DNA from: Cirrosporium novae-zelandiae
Lineage: Eukaryota
Reading direction: 5' to 3'
Assembly: GCA_026023565.1 (NCBI GenBank)
Contig: JAPETS010000003.1
Coordinates: 1,116,001-1,180,000 of the forward strand
DNA length: 64,000 nt
A model generated the notes under the pieces. It made no database searches, was not told the origin of the DNA, and was given only the letters and a program-made list of their open reading frames with translations. Shown one piece after another: positions 37,779 through 50,037 of the stretch. The stretch's first letter is position 1. Each line of letters opens with the position of its first letter. The position numbers and the translations under genes were made by a program.

Positions 37779-40700
37779 AACGACCTAGGTTTACAGATTC
37801 ACAGCCACCAGAACGTCTCGAATGAGACGATTAAAAGGAAAAAAAAATATATATGATGGCAAACCAGAGACTCGTACTTGAGTCTAGTTGTTTTCCTGGA
37901 ATTTAGCTTTTGGTCTTTTTTTTTTTTTTTTCTTGAAGGGATCGAGGGATCGAGGATTGGGAGCGAAGGAGATCGAACAAGAAACTCAAGGAGGAAAGAG
38001 TAGGTAAAGTATCGTACCAAGAGCGAGACGAGACCAGACAAGACCAGAGGCGGCGGAGTGACGGGAACTGAGGAAAAACCAAGACCTAGAGACCTAAAGA
38101 CCTAAGGAACAGTACACCCGAGAGGACCTAACATTAAAACCAGCTCTCGGTCTTCTTGTTACGACCTAACTTTTACGAAACCCCTAACTGATTGTTCCCC
38201 CCCAATACCACATTGGCCACAAATAATATTTCCCTTCCAAAACACAGACAAACTCTACAACTCATCTTCAACGTGCATCTTCGGACTATTCCAACCAATT
38301 TTCTAACTTTCTTTTCGATAATCCATGGAACTTCTTTCTAATCTGCCTAGGTACTTGACCTTACCTTACCTTCCCTTATTTTCACATTCAACCTCAGATA
38401 CTTCATCCATGAAAAAATAATTCATTATCTTAGTCTAAACCCCAACCCCCCTCCCCACCTTCTCCTTGACCTTGAATTATGCGCTATTCATTACCATAGC
38501 ATATATACCGCTTCTCTGCCGCCCTACCTTTCATCATCTCTCATTCGTCTCTTAACTTCAATAATATATTCGATTTGCTTCATTGGACACCATGACACAA
38601 CGAGTGTCATACAATTCATACAAATCTTACAGATCATACAACGAGGCCGGCATGAAAAATAAATAGCTGCAGTTCAACGTCAGTGCTGTGATATGATTGG
38701 ATTCTGGATGAGTTGAGAAGACCTTAATACCGTTGACCCACAGCCATCGCGCGAACCACCGAATACAATAATCTCTGGAAGGCGTTTCAAGCATTTGCCG
38801 TTCTTGGGTAAAATGAATGGCGGGGAGTTATTTCTAGAGCTATGGAGAATGTGTTATCCCAACAAGATAAAGATGCTATTACTGGTCGAGTACATGTACA
38901 TGGGTATCCTACAGTCTTACTTCTCCTCTTTGACCTTCAATGCCACTTTTTTTGTCTTTACCCACCAAGGTTCTTTGCCGGCTTCTCGACATATTTCAAC
39001 AAGAAGACGCTTTTCTCTATTCTCTACCTCGATTTTTTCAACTCCAGGTAGCTCCTATCTGAACGTATTATCTTGTGTTTGCGTTCATGCAATTTCCAAC
39101 ATAGAGCTCCGAAAGTCTCCCCGAGCAGCTTCTACCATGCTCTTTTCAATATTGACGCCTGAGAAGATCACCGCAGAAACATTTATCCTACTAAGATACG
39201 AGAACTATATACCGGATGGCCCAGTTCAAATTCCAGCTTAAGTTGTCAACGATTTTACATTGCTCAACATAACAATTGCTTGCAATTGGATACGGCGTAT
39301 TAAATATATTTTATCAACTTTAAATTAATCAACCAATTTTCAATTATCAAACTCGATCATCACCTCCAAATCCCTCACCATGGCTGAAGGTAGAGGTGCT
39401 TGGATGCTTTCAACAACTCATCCCAAGGCTGCATAAGAGGTTTGAGCTTTGTGGAGATTTTCTGGAGAAAGGAGCACTGGAGATGGGGTTTACAAGGATT
39501 TCACGTGGCAGTGCCGGCACACTAAGCTTAATGAGTCTCATTTGCTAAGATAACAGATCACCATTTAACATAATAGTTCACAACCCAAAGTTTACGATCT
39601 TTAAAAACTTTCTCGATAATATACAGGATAACGTGGAATATCTGGGGAAATGTTTTTGACGGGCTGGTACTAAAATACGCTTCCAGATATCTAATAGAGC
39701 TGGAATATCCGAGTGTTTGCTTTTATTTAAGCTCCCCTGGATCTATATTTCGAGAATAGAAATGTCACCCTTGTACACAACAATAGTGGTCATGGTGGGT
39801 GAGCAACGCAGGTGCCGTTTTGAGGCGCCGTTTGTACAGTACAAGTATTCCCAGTCAGTATTCTCTACTAACATTATGGTTAATCCTCGAGCTTCTCCTT
39901 GGCTAGAGTTTGGCGGCTATGACGACAGGCTTGGAGGGGTACAGATATCATAGAGCAAACAGGTTACCTTTCATGCAAAGGTACGTTTTCAGGAGAAACA
40001 GGCGCATAGCCTAGATGCAGAATATCAACGAATCAGTAGTACTCTGTATATGATCCTTCCCTAGGGGATGTCCTTAATTTGCTACTAGGGAATAGAATGC
40101 TTGTCCTTAAGAGCAATCACCTAAGATAAAGATAATATCACCTTGGCGAGATAAATCAAAAAGGGTTTAGTAACTCCCTCAACTGATATGCGCTGGTTGA
40201 CAGCTATCTCGGATCAAGTCTACATCAAAGTTTAAATAATTACACGTACTTGCTTATTTCTACCTTTGAAAAGCCTTCATAATTAATTTTGTCATCCATC
40301 CCGATTATTTTCATGAACAACAATAATTCCTCGACCCTGAATAGATAATTCGGGAACCATACCTTGTAGGAAAACATAAACTAGTAGGCATCTATATTTA
40401 ATCTTCACGTCAACCAACCTCCAACGTGGAATACATTTAGAGTGTCCTCGGAGGTCGCTTCCGCTCTTGACATCCTAGGAAAGACAATTTATATACATCT
40501 AAAAGGCTAGAAAATATTTGATAAGGGTCGAATATTCTAATGCTTCAAACACTTCGTTTAGTTCGATGTGTTGACGATTCTCTTAGACTTTGGATGTCGT
40601 GTTTCGGTCACGGATATGGACAAGTCGCCCTGAGATATATCTAGTTCTGGTGCAGGTCTGTAAAATTCGCACCAGCTTAACCAATCCCTAGAGGCACTTG

Positions 40701-40937
40701 TGTGGCTCTTTAGAAACCCCCAGGATATACCCCTCAAATATGTGGACTTTATAGATAGCAAGAATACTTATTTGGAGGAACAAGTATTAATGATCTAGGC
40801 CATAGAAGTCTCAGTAGATTTTCCTTTCGGCTTTCCGGCCTTTCGCCCTCGGTGTCGCGACGCTGTCTTTGATAGCGATGGATCTAAAGGAACAATTCAA
40901 CACACCAGACATGTAACAAGTGAATGATGAAAAATTG

Positions 40938-40945
40938 TATATAAA
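40938..40945 (+). promoter_or_regulatory. TATA box upstream of the EPTP-DUF5624-like locus
   Basis: TATATAAA about 115 bp before the ATG at 41059. Confidence 0.5.
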
Positions 40946-41058
40946 CATCTCCAGTGAAACTACACAACGAGATTAGAGCTTGCAAAAGTACACATTTAAC
41001 CCCACTCTCAATTCTAACACAAACCCCAGTTGTTATTACTTGCAATAGTACTTGCAGC

Positions 41059-43327
41059 ATGGCGACTATTAACCAAAAAAGTACTAATGGACTCCTCGAA
41101 CTTGTTCAATCCTTACTGACAACTGGTGCCCGGGCTGTAGACCCTTTCACAGTCAATGGTCTGCAGTATATTGCCATTCCTCAACTTGCGAAGGACATAC
41201 CAGACCAGCCAGTGGACATGACAAAAGGAGATTCGGACGTAAAAACACTCATCTTCAAGTTTAAAGAGAACAAATGGAAAATATGGCAACGGCTTCTTGT
41301 TAATGGAGGCGAGGATGCTGAGGTTTTTATCATTGGTGATCGGCAATTTCTTGCAACTGCTAGTTTTCGAGTGGGCAGTGATCCCTATGATCTTGATGTC
41401 GACTCGACCATTTTCGAATGGAAAGAGGGCGGATTTTATCCCTTTCAACAAATTCCTAGGTATGCGGCAAAGCAGTGCAGACATTTTGAGATCCAACAAC
41501 GTCATTTCCTCGCCCTAGCCCAAGGAGTTGTTATTGAGGGAGTCACTCGGAAGAACCCAGCAAAGTCCACCATATTCGAATGGGACGGTTCTTCTTTTGT
41601 TTCATTTCAAACGGTCACGTCTGCCTGGGGCTACAACTGGCTTCACTTTTGTTTAGCTGGTAGTCATTACCTTGCATACGCCGATCATGCCACACCAACC
41701 ATGATCTAGTGGGAGGGCATTCTGTTTCTTTGAAGCCAATAATGATGCATATCTCGCTTTTGCCAACCTTATGGACCGCACTTTGCTCTACCGATGGAGT
41801 GGGGAATGCTTCAACGTACACCAAACACTAAGCGGTCCTGGTGGTCGGGAATTTGCTATTTTCTACCAGGACACTGATTTGTATATGATACAAGTCAATT
41901 TCTTGACAGGTAGTGGAAGGGACCCTAACCCGACCCAGGAATCGGTCATTTATCGATTCCAAGGGGACAAATTGGTTATGGTGGATACCTTTACAACATC
42001 TGGAGCGACAGATGCTAAGGTCCTAGACCTTAATGGGAGGACGCTTGTTGCGGTTTCGGAGAGCATGACTGCTGAAGTCCACTTCAAAACTGACTCCCAT
42101 ATATTTCGATTGCTACCCTCCGCATCTACTACTCGTCCGAAGAGTAGGCGACCTTCAGTGTATCAAAACCTAGAGCTAGTGAACCTCTTTCATACTTACA
42201 CAGCAGGGTCAGATGGTATCGGAGCTCACTTAAGTAGTAGTACGTACAAACTCGGGCAGAAGATCCACTGTTAATCGCGACCGACACTGACATGGCTTTG
42301 TTCCGGGCGGCCACCAGAAGCCTTCATTTCAAGTTTTCGCCTATCCACCAAGGGCTTCAAGGAGCTCGCTGCGGTATTTCACCTTGGTCCGGCTATGGCC
42401 TCACTAGTAAGCATGCATACCTTAAATCCTATGGCGGACCTTTGGAGGAGCGATGTAGAAAGGCTCTTAAGGGCCACGGAGGAGGCAAGAAAGGTTAACA
42501 CAGCTTATCTTTGGTCCGATAAGATTGCAGTAGAGGCTTATCGCGGGCGTGAAGATGCAATCGCATCTATGATTGACTACGGTTGTGCAATTACGATTCG
42601 TTTTCTGGGCGCCGTTTTGGATGATTCTTCAAAGCTCAATGCGAAATTCTTACGTGAAGCGGTTCTTGAAGCAATATATCATTCACTCGGAGCATCGGTA
42701 CCTTTTAACTCTGTCATGATTGCCACCTTCTTCCTGACTGGCATGGACATTTCCTATCGTGCTACTGGTTGGCTAAACGACGAGAAAGTTGACTGGAGCC
42801 GAGCTATGGTATTGGTTTGCGGGAAACAGGGTCGTCCAACAAGTGGTGTCACCTAGACTACCAACTCTGTATGCCAGATAATTCGAGGTGCTTCTGGTGG
42901 GTTGCTGCCACTGGATCATATGTATATCGCACCACATGCCCCCAGCTTCAACATCGCAGATCTTAGAAATATTGATGCCATTCAAGCTTATGAGCAGCCA
43001 ATGCGCTCGTTATGATGCTACACACGTGCTATCGCCGAATCGGGTCCAATGATGTTCCAAGACTTCCCTCGATACGCACCTGAGTCGTTTTCTGCACCCG
43101 TCCTGAATGATGGTGTAAGTGAAGTTTCTGAAATGCCTCACATTCGTGGGCCTGATGATATGTTCACGATGACAACTCGCCTTCGTCTAGTCATGGAAGA
43201 CCTTCGTCAACTGCTCTCTGGGTGTGTTACAGATTATGCAATTGAGCAACTCGGCAGGAACAAGAACAATCCGGCAAGAGTCGTGGTTCCTGGCCTTGGT
43301 AATGTCACTTATACTGTGGGTCTTTAA
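41059..43327 (+). pseudogene. Intronless EPTP/EAR-repeat beta-propeller fused to a DUF5624-like domain; disrupted
   Basis: Seven repeats of the type xFxxxxxxYLAxA...SxIFxWxGxxFxxFQ across ORFs 40954..41709 and 41771..42274. C-terminal domain motifs FRLSTKGFKELAA, HLGPAMASL, NSVMIATFFL, GKQGRPTSGVT, YIAPHAP, RLRLVMEDLRQLLSGCV, VVVPGL. Lesions: deletion/frameshift ~41707, frameshifts 42255-42332, stops 42854-42856 and 43013-43015. Domain names are from recall. Confidence 0.75.
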
Positions 43328-43775
43328 ATATAGGGAGTGTTATTTCTCATGTTATTGTAATCTGGAGGTTTAGGGAAGTGAGAGTAATAGTAATTCAATA
43401 AATGCACTTTCCTGTAAAAATGAAACTAATAATCCATCATTATTACCTATTTTTATACCGTCATATTTTTAAGCCCGAGAGCCTGATTTAGTTCTTCAAC
43501 CTTGGTGAATTCTGCCAAATTTTACTTTCTTAAAGCTATCTATCATCGGTAGATAAATATCCAAGTGAGGTTTACTAAAGTAAGTGATGACGTTGGACCG
43601 TTATATTGGAGCTATAGATCGGCGGTCGGCAATTAGCCGCGAACCAAGCTCGAAGTCACAACGCGACGGCGTGACTTCAGTTGGACAACACAGTGACCAT
43701 AATGTTGTTGATCTAACCTATAAAAGTCACTCAGCAACCCCTCGCCATGGCCATTCTGACCCCGATACGCGCATA

Positions 43776-46700
43776 ATGGCGAAGCGCAGGCTTAGTAGTG
43801 GATCCGATATATCGTTACCAAGAAAACGCTCGAAACCAAAACAAGGAGCTATCAACAACAATACCACGGATCTCCAGGACTCATACAGTGGGGACTCTCA
43901 GGAATACGCAGTGAAGAGCATACTTCAAGAAAAACGCAATAAATATTTGATTGCTTGGGAAGGAGGAAATCCAGAGACTGGAGAACCCTGGTCTCCTACT
44001 TGGGTAGGTATAAAATCCTCGTTGCGCTTTAAATGTGACCTAAAGTTTTATACCATCATTTCAGTACTCAATATAGTTTCCTGATTTCCTCTTTTCGTTC
44101 AGTATAATTCTTCGGTTTCAAAGCTTTGCTTATTTTGGAAACCTGTTGTATAGGAACCGAAAAGTAACGCCAACGAGCTTGCTGTCATTGATTGGCAGGA
44201 GAGACAGCAGCGTGCAAAAGCAACTCCCAAACGTCGCGGTAGGCCCCGCAAATCTGCCACTCCCGCAACTCAAACACCGCAAAGAGGACGCCAAAGGAAG
44301 TCAATTATTTCAGGAACTTCCCCAGTTTCAGAGATACAGGATAGCCACTCACAAACTGCTTCTGGACCTGGTAATCGTCCCCCATCACCTTTAGTACAGG
44401 TGACAAGAGACGGGAATTTTCACCAAAGTCAATATATTAACTATTCTTCACCACTTCCAACACAAGCGACTTCATTGCAGCAGCACGACACAGATTCGGC
44501 AATTGGAAGCTCTCCAGCAGAACATCTCCAAGAAACCCGCCCTCCAAGTTCTTTTGTCATTCCTGATTCACAGTCCCAACGCAATACAAGTAGTTATATT
44601 CCTGTCTCGAGTAATTCAGAAACTAACGCTATTTCCGCGTCAAATTACGGAGGTCTGAGTCAACCATTCCAATATCTGGGGAGTGGCACTGAACTAGTTG
44701 CCGGACAGACGCAGAGGTTTCAAACCCCTCTATATGCTGTGTACAGTGATCCGATCGAAGATTCATCAATTGCTGAAAAAATTCAAGCACCTAACCTACC
44801 TCTAAAACATCAAAGGGGGTTAGAATATTCGGACCAACGTACAAAAACTACCGAAGTGGCTGTGGCTATTGAAAACGAGACAGATAATAATATCCAGTCA
44901 GTTGAAGGTTTCGCTACTCAAGTGGATAATTTTTATACGTCTAATTGTGTAGAACTGGATTTGGATGCGGCCTTTAATCAAGCAGCTCCAATTACGTCTC
45001 AGATACCAGATACCTTGACTCGAGCGAGGCCTTCTACCCCATCAAATTCTAACAACATGGCGGATTTTCCAAGTCCAAATATCGAATCATCAAATTCCAC
45101 TCCAATTGGAGATAAACTTAAAAGAATGCGTGAGATGGTGCGTGCACGCTACAATTCTGGTATGGATACTACTACGTCATCTACATCTCTAACCGCACCT
45201 AAGAATGTTGACCAACCTCGGTCCCCTTCTCAGCCTTCAGGGTCAAGGATTGAGAACTCTACTGTCTCTCGCATATCTGATAATCACCGTTTGCAATCGC
45301 ACCTGCCAGCATCTCCGAGCAGGCTAGCATTCCATAGTGAGGTCTCACAGCCAATGGACTCTCAAACATCAGAGCAATCGGAACAAAAACCATTTCCTCG
45401 TCCACTTTTGGGTGAGATGGAGTTCATTGTTCCACTGCCAATGGATCCGCGCATACAAGACGAATACAAAAATTACATTATCCGTAATATGACCGCTATA
45501 CAACGCTTCTGCCTTGGGGATACGAGCCAGGACACTGATACCACCCCTATATATGTAAGCAACTTTGATTCTCTATTTGAAACATGCGTACTAACATAAA
45601 ACAGAGTCTTACAGCTACAATGGTTGACATGATTGACCATCTCCAGAATATTCTGTCTCATCGTGACCTCGATGATGAAGGCACCCAAACGCAAGATCGG
45701 GATTTGGATAGCGTTACAGCCACCTGGGCAGAATTTTGCAGCTCAAAGTTTAAGTTTCTATCGAGTTTTTTCAAAGAAGCGAAAGATCAAAGCCTAAACG
45801 TTGCTCTAATTGCGTCTCCAGGCAGATTGCTTGATATCATTGAGACATATCTGAGAGGGAAACGAGTTGATTATAGCCGCCCTGATAATCCTAGGCGACC
45901 GGACTCTGCTAAAGATCCTGGGCTATTGGCTACCTCTGAACCTCACCCGCATGTAACGCTTTTACCAACAGGCATGAATATACCCACGGAAGCAGAGTTG
46001 ATAATAGCATTTGACAGCTCATTTGATCCCGACGCTCCATCGATTAAAGATATACGCCGTCCATCTGCCAACTCACAGCTCTATCCCATAATTCGCCTGT
46101 TGATCGCCAATTCATACGAACATTTTGATGTCTGCCTATCAAAATCAATGGACAAGACCCAACGCCTCAGAGAGCTTGTTAGCCGCACAGCGCTATCAAG
46201 ACAGCGTGTGGGATTGCTTCCGGATGATGCGCCAACTCCGCAACAGGCTGGGTTAAAGGTTGCAGAGTTTATGGCGTCTGGCGGAAGTAGAATGAATTGG
46301 TCAATCCCGGAGATAGAGATGCTCAATTCCAACTCCGTTGAAACAGCAACCCAGCCCGATTCAATGGACAACTCGGTGGAATCTACCCAAAGTGGCACAG
46401 AGCAGATTTTGTCCATTGGGTTGAAGCGACCATTAGTATTTTTTCCTGTCTTGTATGTGAATGTGTCTAATTTTCTATTTAGGATCCTGAAATAGCAGAA
46501 CGCGACGTTTCATCTGCTAAAAAACCTCGCTCGAGCAGCGCAGACGCGGACGTAACGCATATTAGCGATTCCGCTAAAGACCTGTCATCTCAAATTGAAG
46601 ACCTCCGCACAGGACTCAAAGAATCCGAACAACGTCTTGCGGACGCTAAAAACAAGCACGCGGATCAGGTTTTGAATATGGAACAAACCATAAAGGCCAG

Positions 46701-47421
46701 CGAAACTCGGTTGGAAGAGCATATCGTCTCCTTGAGTAAACTCCAACAACGGTTTGAGGAACAAAACGTAGAATTAGCTAAACTTCGAGGGGAGAAAACT
46801 CGATTCACCAACGACATGAAAAATGCCACAAAAAGAATCGACGCTCAAAACATCGAGATCTCCAAACTAAAAGATGAGCGCTCAGCCCTTCGATCAGAGC
46901 TTCAAGCCTCCCGGGACCTCCTCAAAACTAGCACTGCCCCCCCAGTCGCCGAACTCGCCAAACTTCAAGACGAAGTAAAAATGCTCCGCACGGAAAAAGA
47001 CTCCCTCTCCCGCCGTCTGCGCAACCTCCAAACAGATTTCGACTTCACCCGCCAACAATATCAAACTGCCTCCACCGCTGCCGCCGAAGAATCAACCCAG
47101 CTCCTCGCCCTCCAAGCCGAAAACACACAGCTCCAAGAAAAAGCAAGGGGCGTCGCCGTCCGCCTCCGCGAAATGAATATCGAGAATGAGAATAGTGTGC
47201 ATCTAGCGAGGGTAGAAGAGTTAGAGGATCAAAATGCGGAGTTAGAGGGGATGCTGCGGAGGAGGGACGAGGAGATTAGGGAAATGAGGAAGGGCAGAGG
47301 GGTCCAGACGAGAGGGAGCACGCCCAGAAGTCCCAGGATCTTGGGGAAGGAGAGTCGCGGGAATAGTCCGGCGAATGCGAGTGTCAATGGCGGACGCGGG
47401 ACTAGGGATAGGCATCTGTGA
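43776..47421 (+). CDS. Chromodomain + AT-hook + HDA2/HDA3-like domain + coiled-coil nuclear protein
   Basis: Four exons. EYAVKSILQEKRNKYLIAWEG..PTW|EPKSNAN (chromo-like, split by intron ~44004-44152), KRRGRPRK (AT-hook), EFIVPLPM, SHRDLD, WAEFCSSKFKFL, LIIAFDSSF, PIIRLL, long heptad region in 46672..47421. Confidence 0.75.
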
Positions 47422-48393
47422 TTATGGGTGGGTAGATGGAATGAACAAATATTACAGGGGGTTGCGTACATACAAACAAAGCCTTGCATGGATGGCGGGA
47501 CAGCTAACTGGCGAATAGGTGGCTCTATCGATAGCTTTTCCTTTTCAAAGACATAGAACTAAACCGGTGGTTAATTACTACATACGTATCCTTCCTTTCT
47601 TACTTTGTTCTAAGATTTCTAATATTTACTAAGCGTAAAGAGAGAGATCCCTTTGCTATTTAACGCTTACTGTATGCATGCATCCTCATGATGGATAGAC
47701 TTGTCGATACGTGTATGATATACGTGGATGTGTGTGGATGTTCGATCTGATTAAATTTAGTTTGATCTTAGAACTCTCCTATAGGGGCTTTGGGATAGTA
47801 AGAAAGGGTGTGTAGATGGATAACTTGGAATATGCAAAATGGCTGTGGTATTAAAAAACAGCTTCTTCATAAAGGCCTTAAATGACCCGATTTTGAAAAG
47901 TAGGTTACTTAGATGATTAAACTATTAATACTGTCTACGTTTACAATTCCTCCTCTATTAATTTGAACGATCAGTTAGATATACTAGTACCTTAGCTGAA
48001 TTATGTATCTATGTGATGTGATAGCAGATGTCTACAATGAGATGTGCGATTCGACATGATTGGAGATCTACTGCCGCCCACGTGCCGCCGCCGGGAGCTA
48101 TTAGGCCGAAGGGATCACTTTACATAGTAGTGAAAAGAGAGGCGCAACTCTCTTTCAACAGTATAGGAAGAATCTACTACGTCCTTCCGGATACTAGTAA
48201 TATGATAAATAGCCTACTATCAATCTAGCATCTATTTATAGGGCCAGTAAAGCTGATGTCGTGACTCCTATAATATTTATTCTTCAACTTTTTCATAATT
48301 TTCCTCATCCTATCTAATACATGTGCAGTCAGCTGCCTCTGAATGATCCACCGATAAGGCCAGCTATTGGGTCTTTACAGCCCCTAGAAGCTG

Positions 48394-49698
48394 ATGTCTG
48401 CGCCTAGTCCTACCCAGATCCTTAAACCCCTTCCTGCCTTTTATGGCTGTTACCTTCTCCGCTCCACCATACGACACGCTTCTCTCTACGTCGGTTCGAC
48501 ACCAAATCCCCTTCGAAGACTGAAGCAGCATAATGGCATTTCAAAAGGGGGAGCGATTCGGACGAGCAGGAAGACATTGAGACCTTGGGAGATGCTATGT
48601 ATTGTTCATGGTTTCCCAAGTAGTGTGGGGGCGCTACAGTTTGAGTACGCCTGATGTTGTAGCATTGGCTTTATTACGAATATCTATATATTTGGTGAAT
48701 ATCGATTGACAATACTATTTAGGTGGGCGTGGCAGCATTCGCATCTAACGCGGCACATTCCCGAAAAGCAACGTATTACAGCTCGGCTCACACGCACACG
48801 GGTTTCCCCTAGATCGGGAAAGACACGCAGACGTCCTACGAAGCCCCGTGATAGCCTCCCTGATCGTATTGCGAATCTTCATATACTCCTTCACGTCAAA
48901 TACTTTTCCAGGTGGCCCTTGGAGGTTAGGTTTTTCTCTGAAGATGGATGGAGGGTCTGGAAGAAATGGTGCGACGAGCATAGCGTGGGAAAGGACATTA
49001 GGGTAGTGAAGGACTTTAAGCCAAGTGAGGATGAAGGAAAGACAGAGGTAACTGCTAAGGATAGGGAGGAAGGAGAGAAGAGCTTGAATGAGAAGATCGA
49101 GGGAATTGATATTGAGTATGGAAGCTATAAATTATTTTTGGAGAAGAGCCAATTTTTGCTCGCTGAGGACGATCCACTATTTTGCAGCGTCTGTAAGGAT
49201 AGCATTGGTCCGGAGAGGAAATTAGTGATAGTATGCCCAGGTGAGGACTGTCGTTCCGCATTCCATGTGAAGTGTCTTGCCAGTACCTTTTTAAGGGGGC
49301 AGGACGATTTGCTTCCTATGACAGGATCTTGTCCATCCTGCAAGACAGAGATGGTCTGGGCAGATCTGATTAAGGAAATGACACTGAGAGCGCGTGGAGA
49401 AAAGGAGGTTCGGAAGTTATTCAAGAAGACAAGGGGACGAGCAAAACCTAAGGGGAACGCACCAGAGTTCACAGACGAGCGAGTAATTGCGGACAGCGAG
49501 GATGATTCCCAAACAGAATCGGAAGATGAGGGATTTCAGGCTGCTGATTTTTCTGATGCAAAAGTTGATCTCGATGATAGCTTGATGCCTACTCTGAATG
49601 AAAGTTCGACTTCAATGCTCAACTTCAAGCCAAGCCCGGTGAAATTTAAGCAGCCACCCTCTCTGATTATTGAGGATAGCGACGAAAGCTTAGAGTGA
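48394..49698 (+). CDS. SLX1: Structure-specific endonuclease subunit Slx1 (GIY-YIG plus RING/PHD-like zinc finger)
   Basis: [46 protein letters not shown] across the intron, CSVC..CPGEDC..HVKCL..CPSC. Confidence 0.93.
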
Positions 49699-50037
49699 TC
49701 CTAGGTCAACCCCATTAATCGTGCAGAGGGATTGGATAATGAAAATAGCACCTGCATAGAATAGCCAGAATAGGGGATCTAAAAGCTGGATGGTCCACTT
49801 TGTTCGAAACCTTCGGCAGACTGAGGCAGACTGAATCTGTACCAAGAGGCGGTGGATTTTTTTGTTCAATACCAGTTCGGAAGCTCTCTCCAACAAGGTA
49901 TTTCTACTACAGTGGTCTAAATTTAGGTTGTCCTGCCCCACCATCAGACTCTTCCTTTTCTCTAGGTAGCTCACATAACAGCAGATAGACTGCTATGCAT
50001 GCTATGATGAATGATTACTTGGCTAAGAGGGAAAGCT

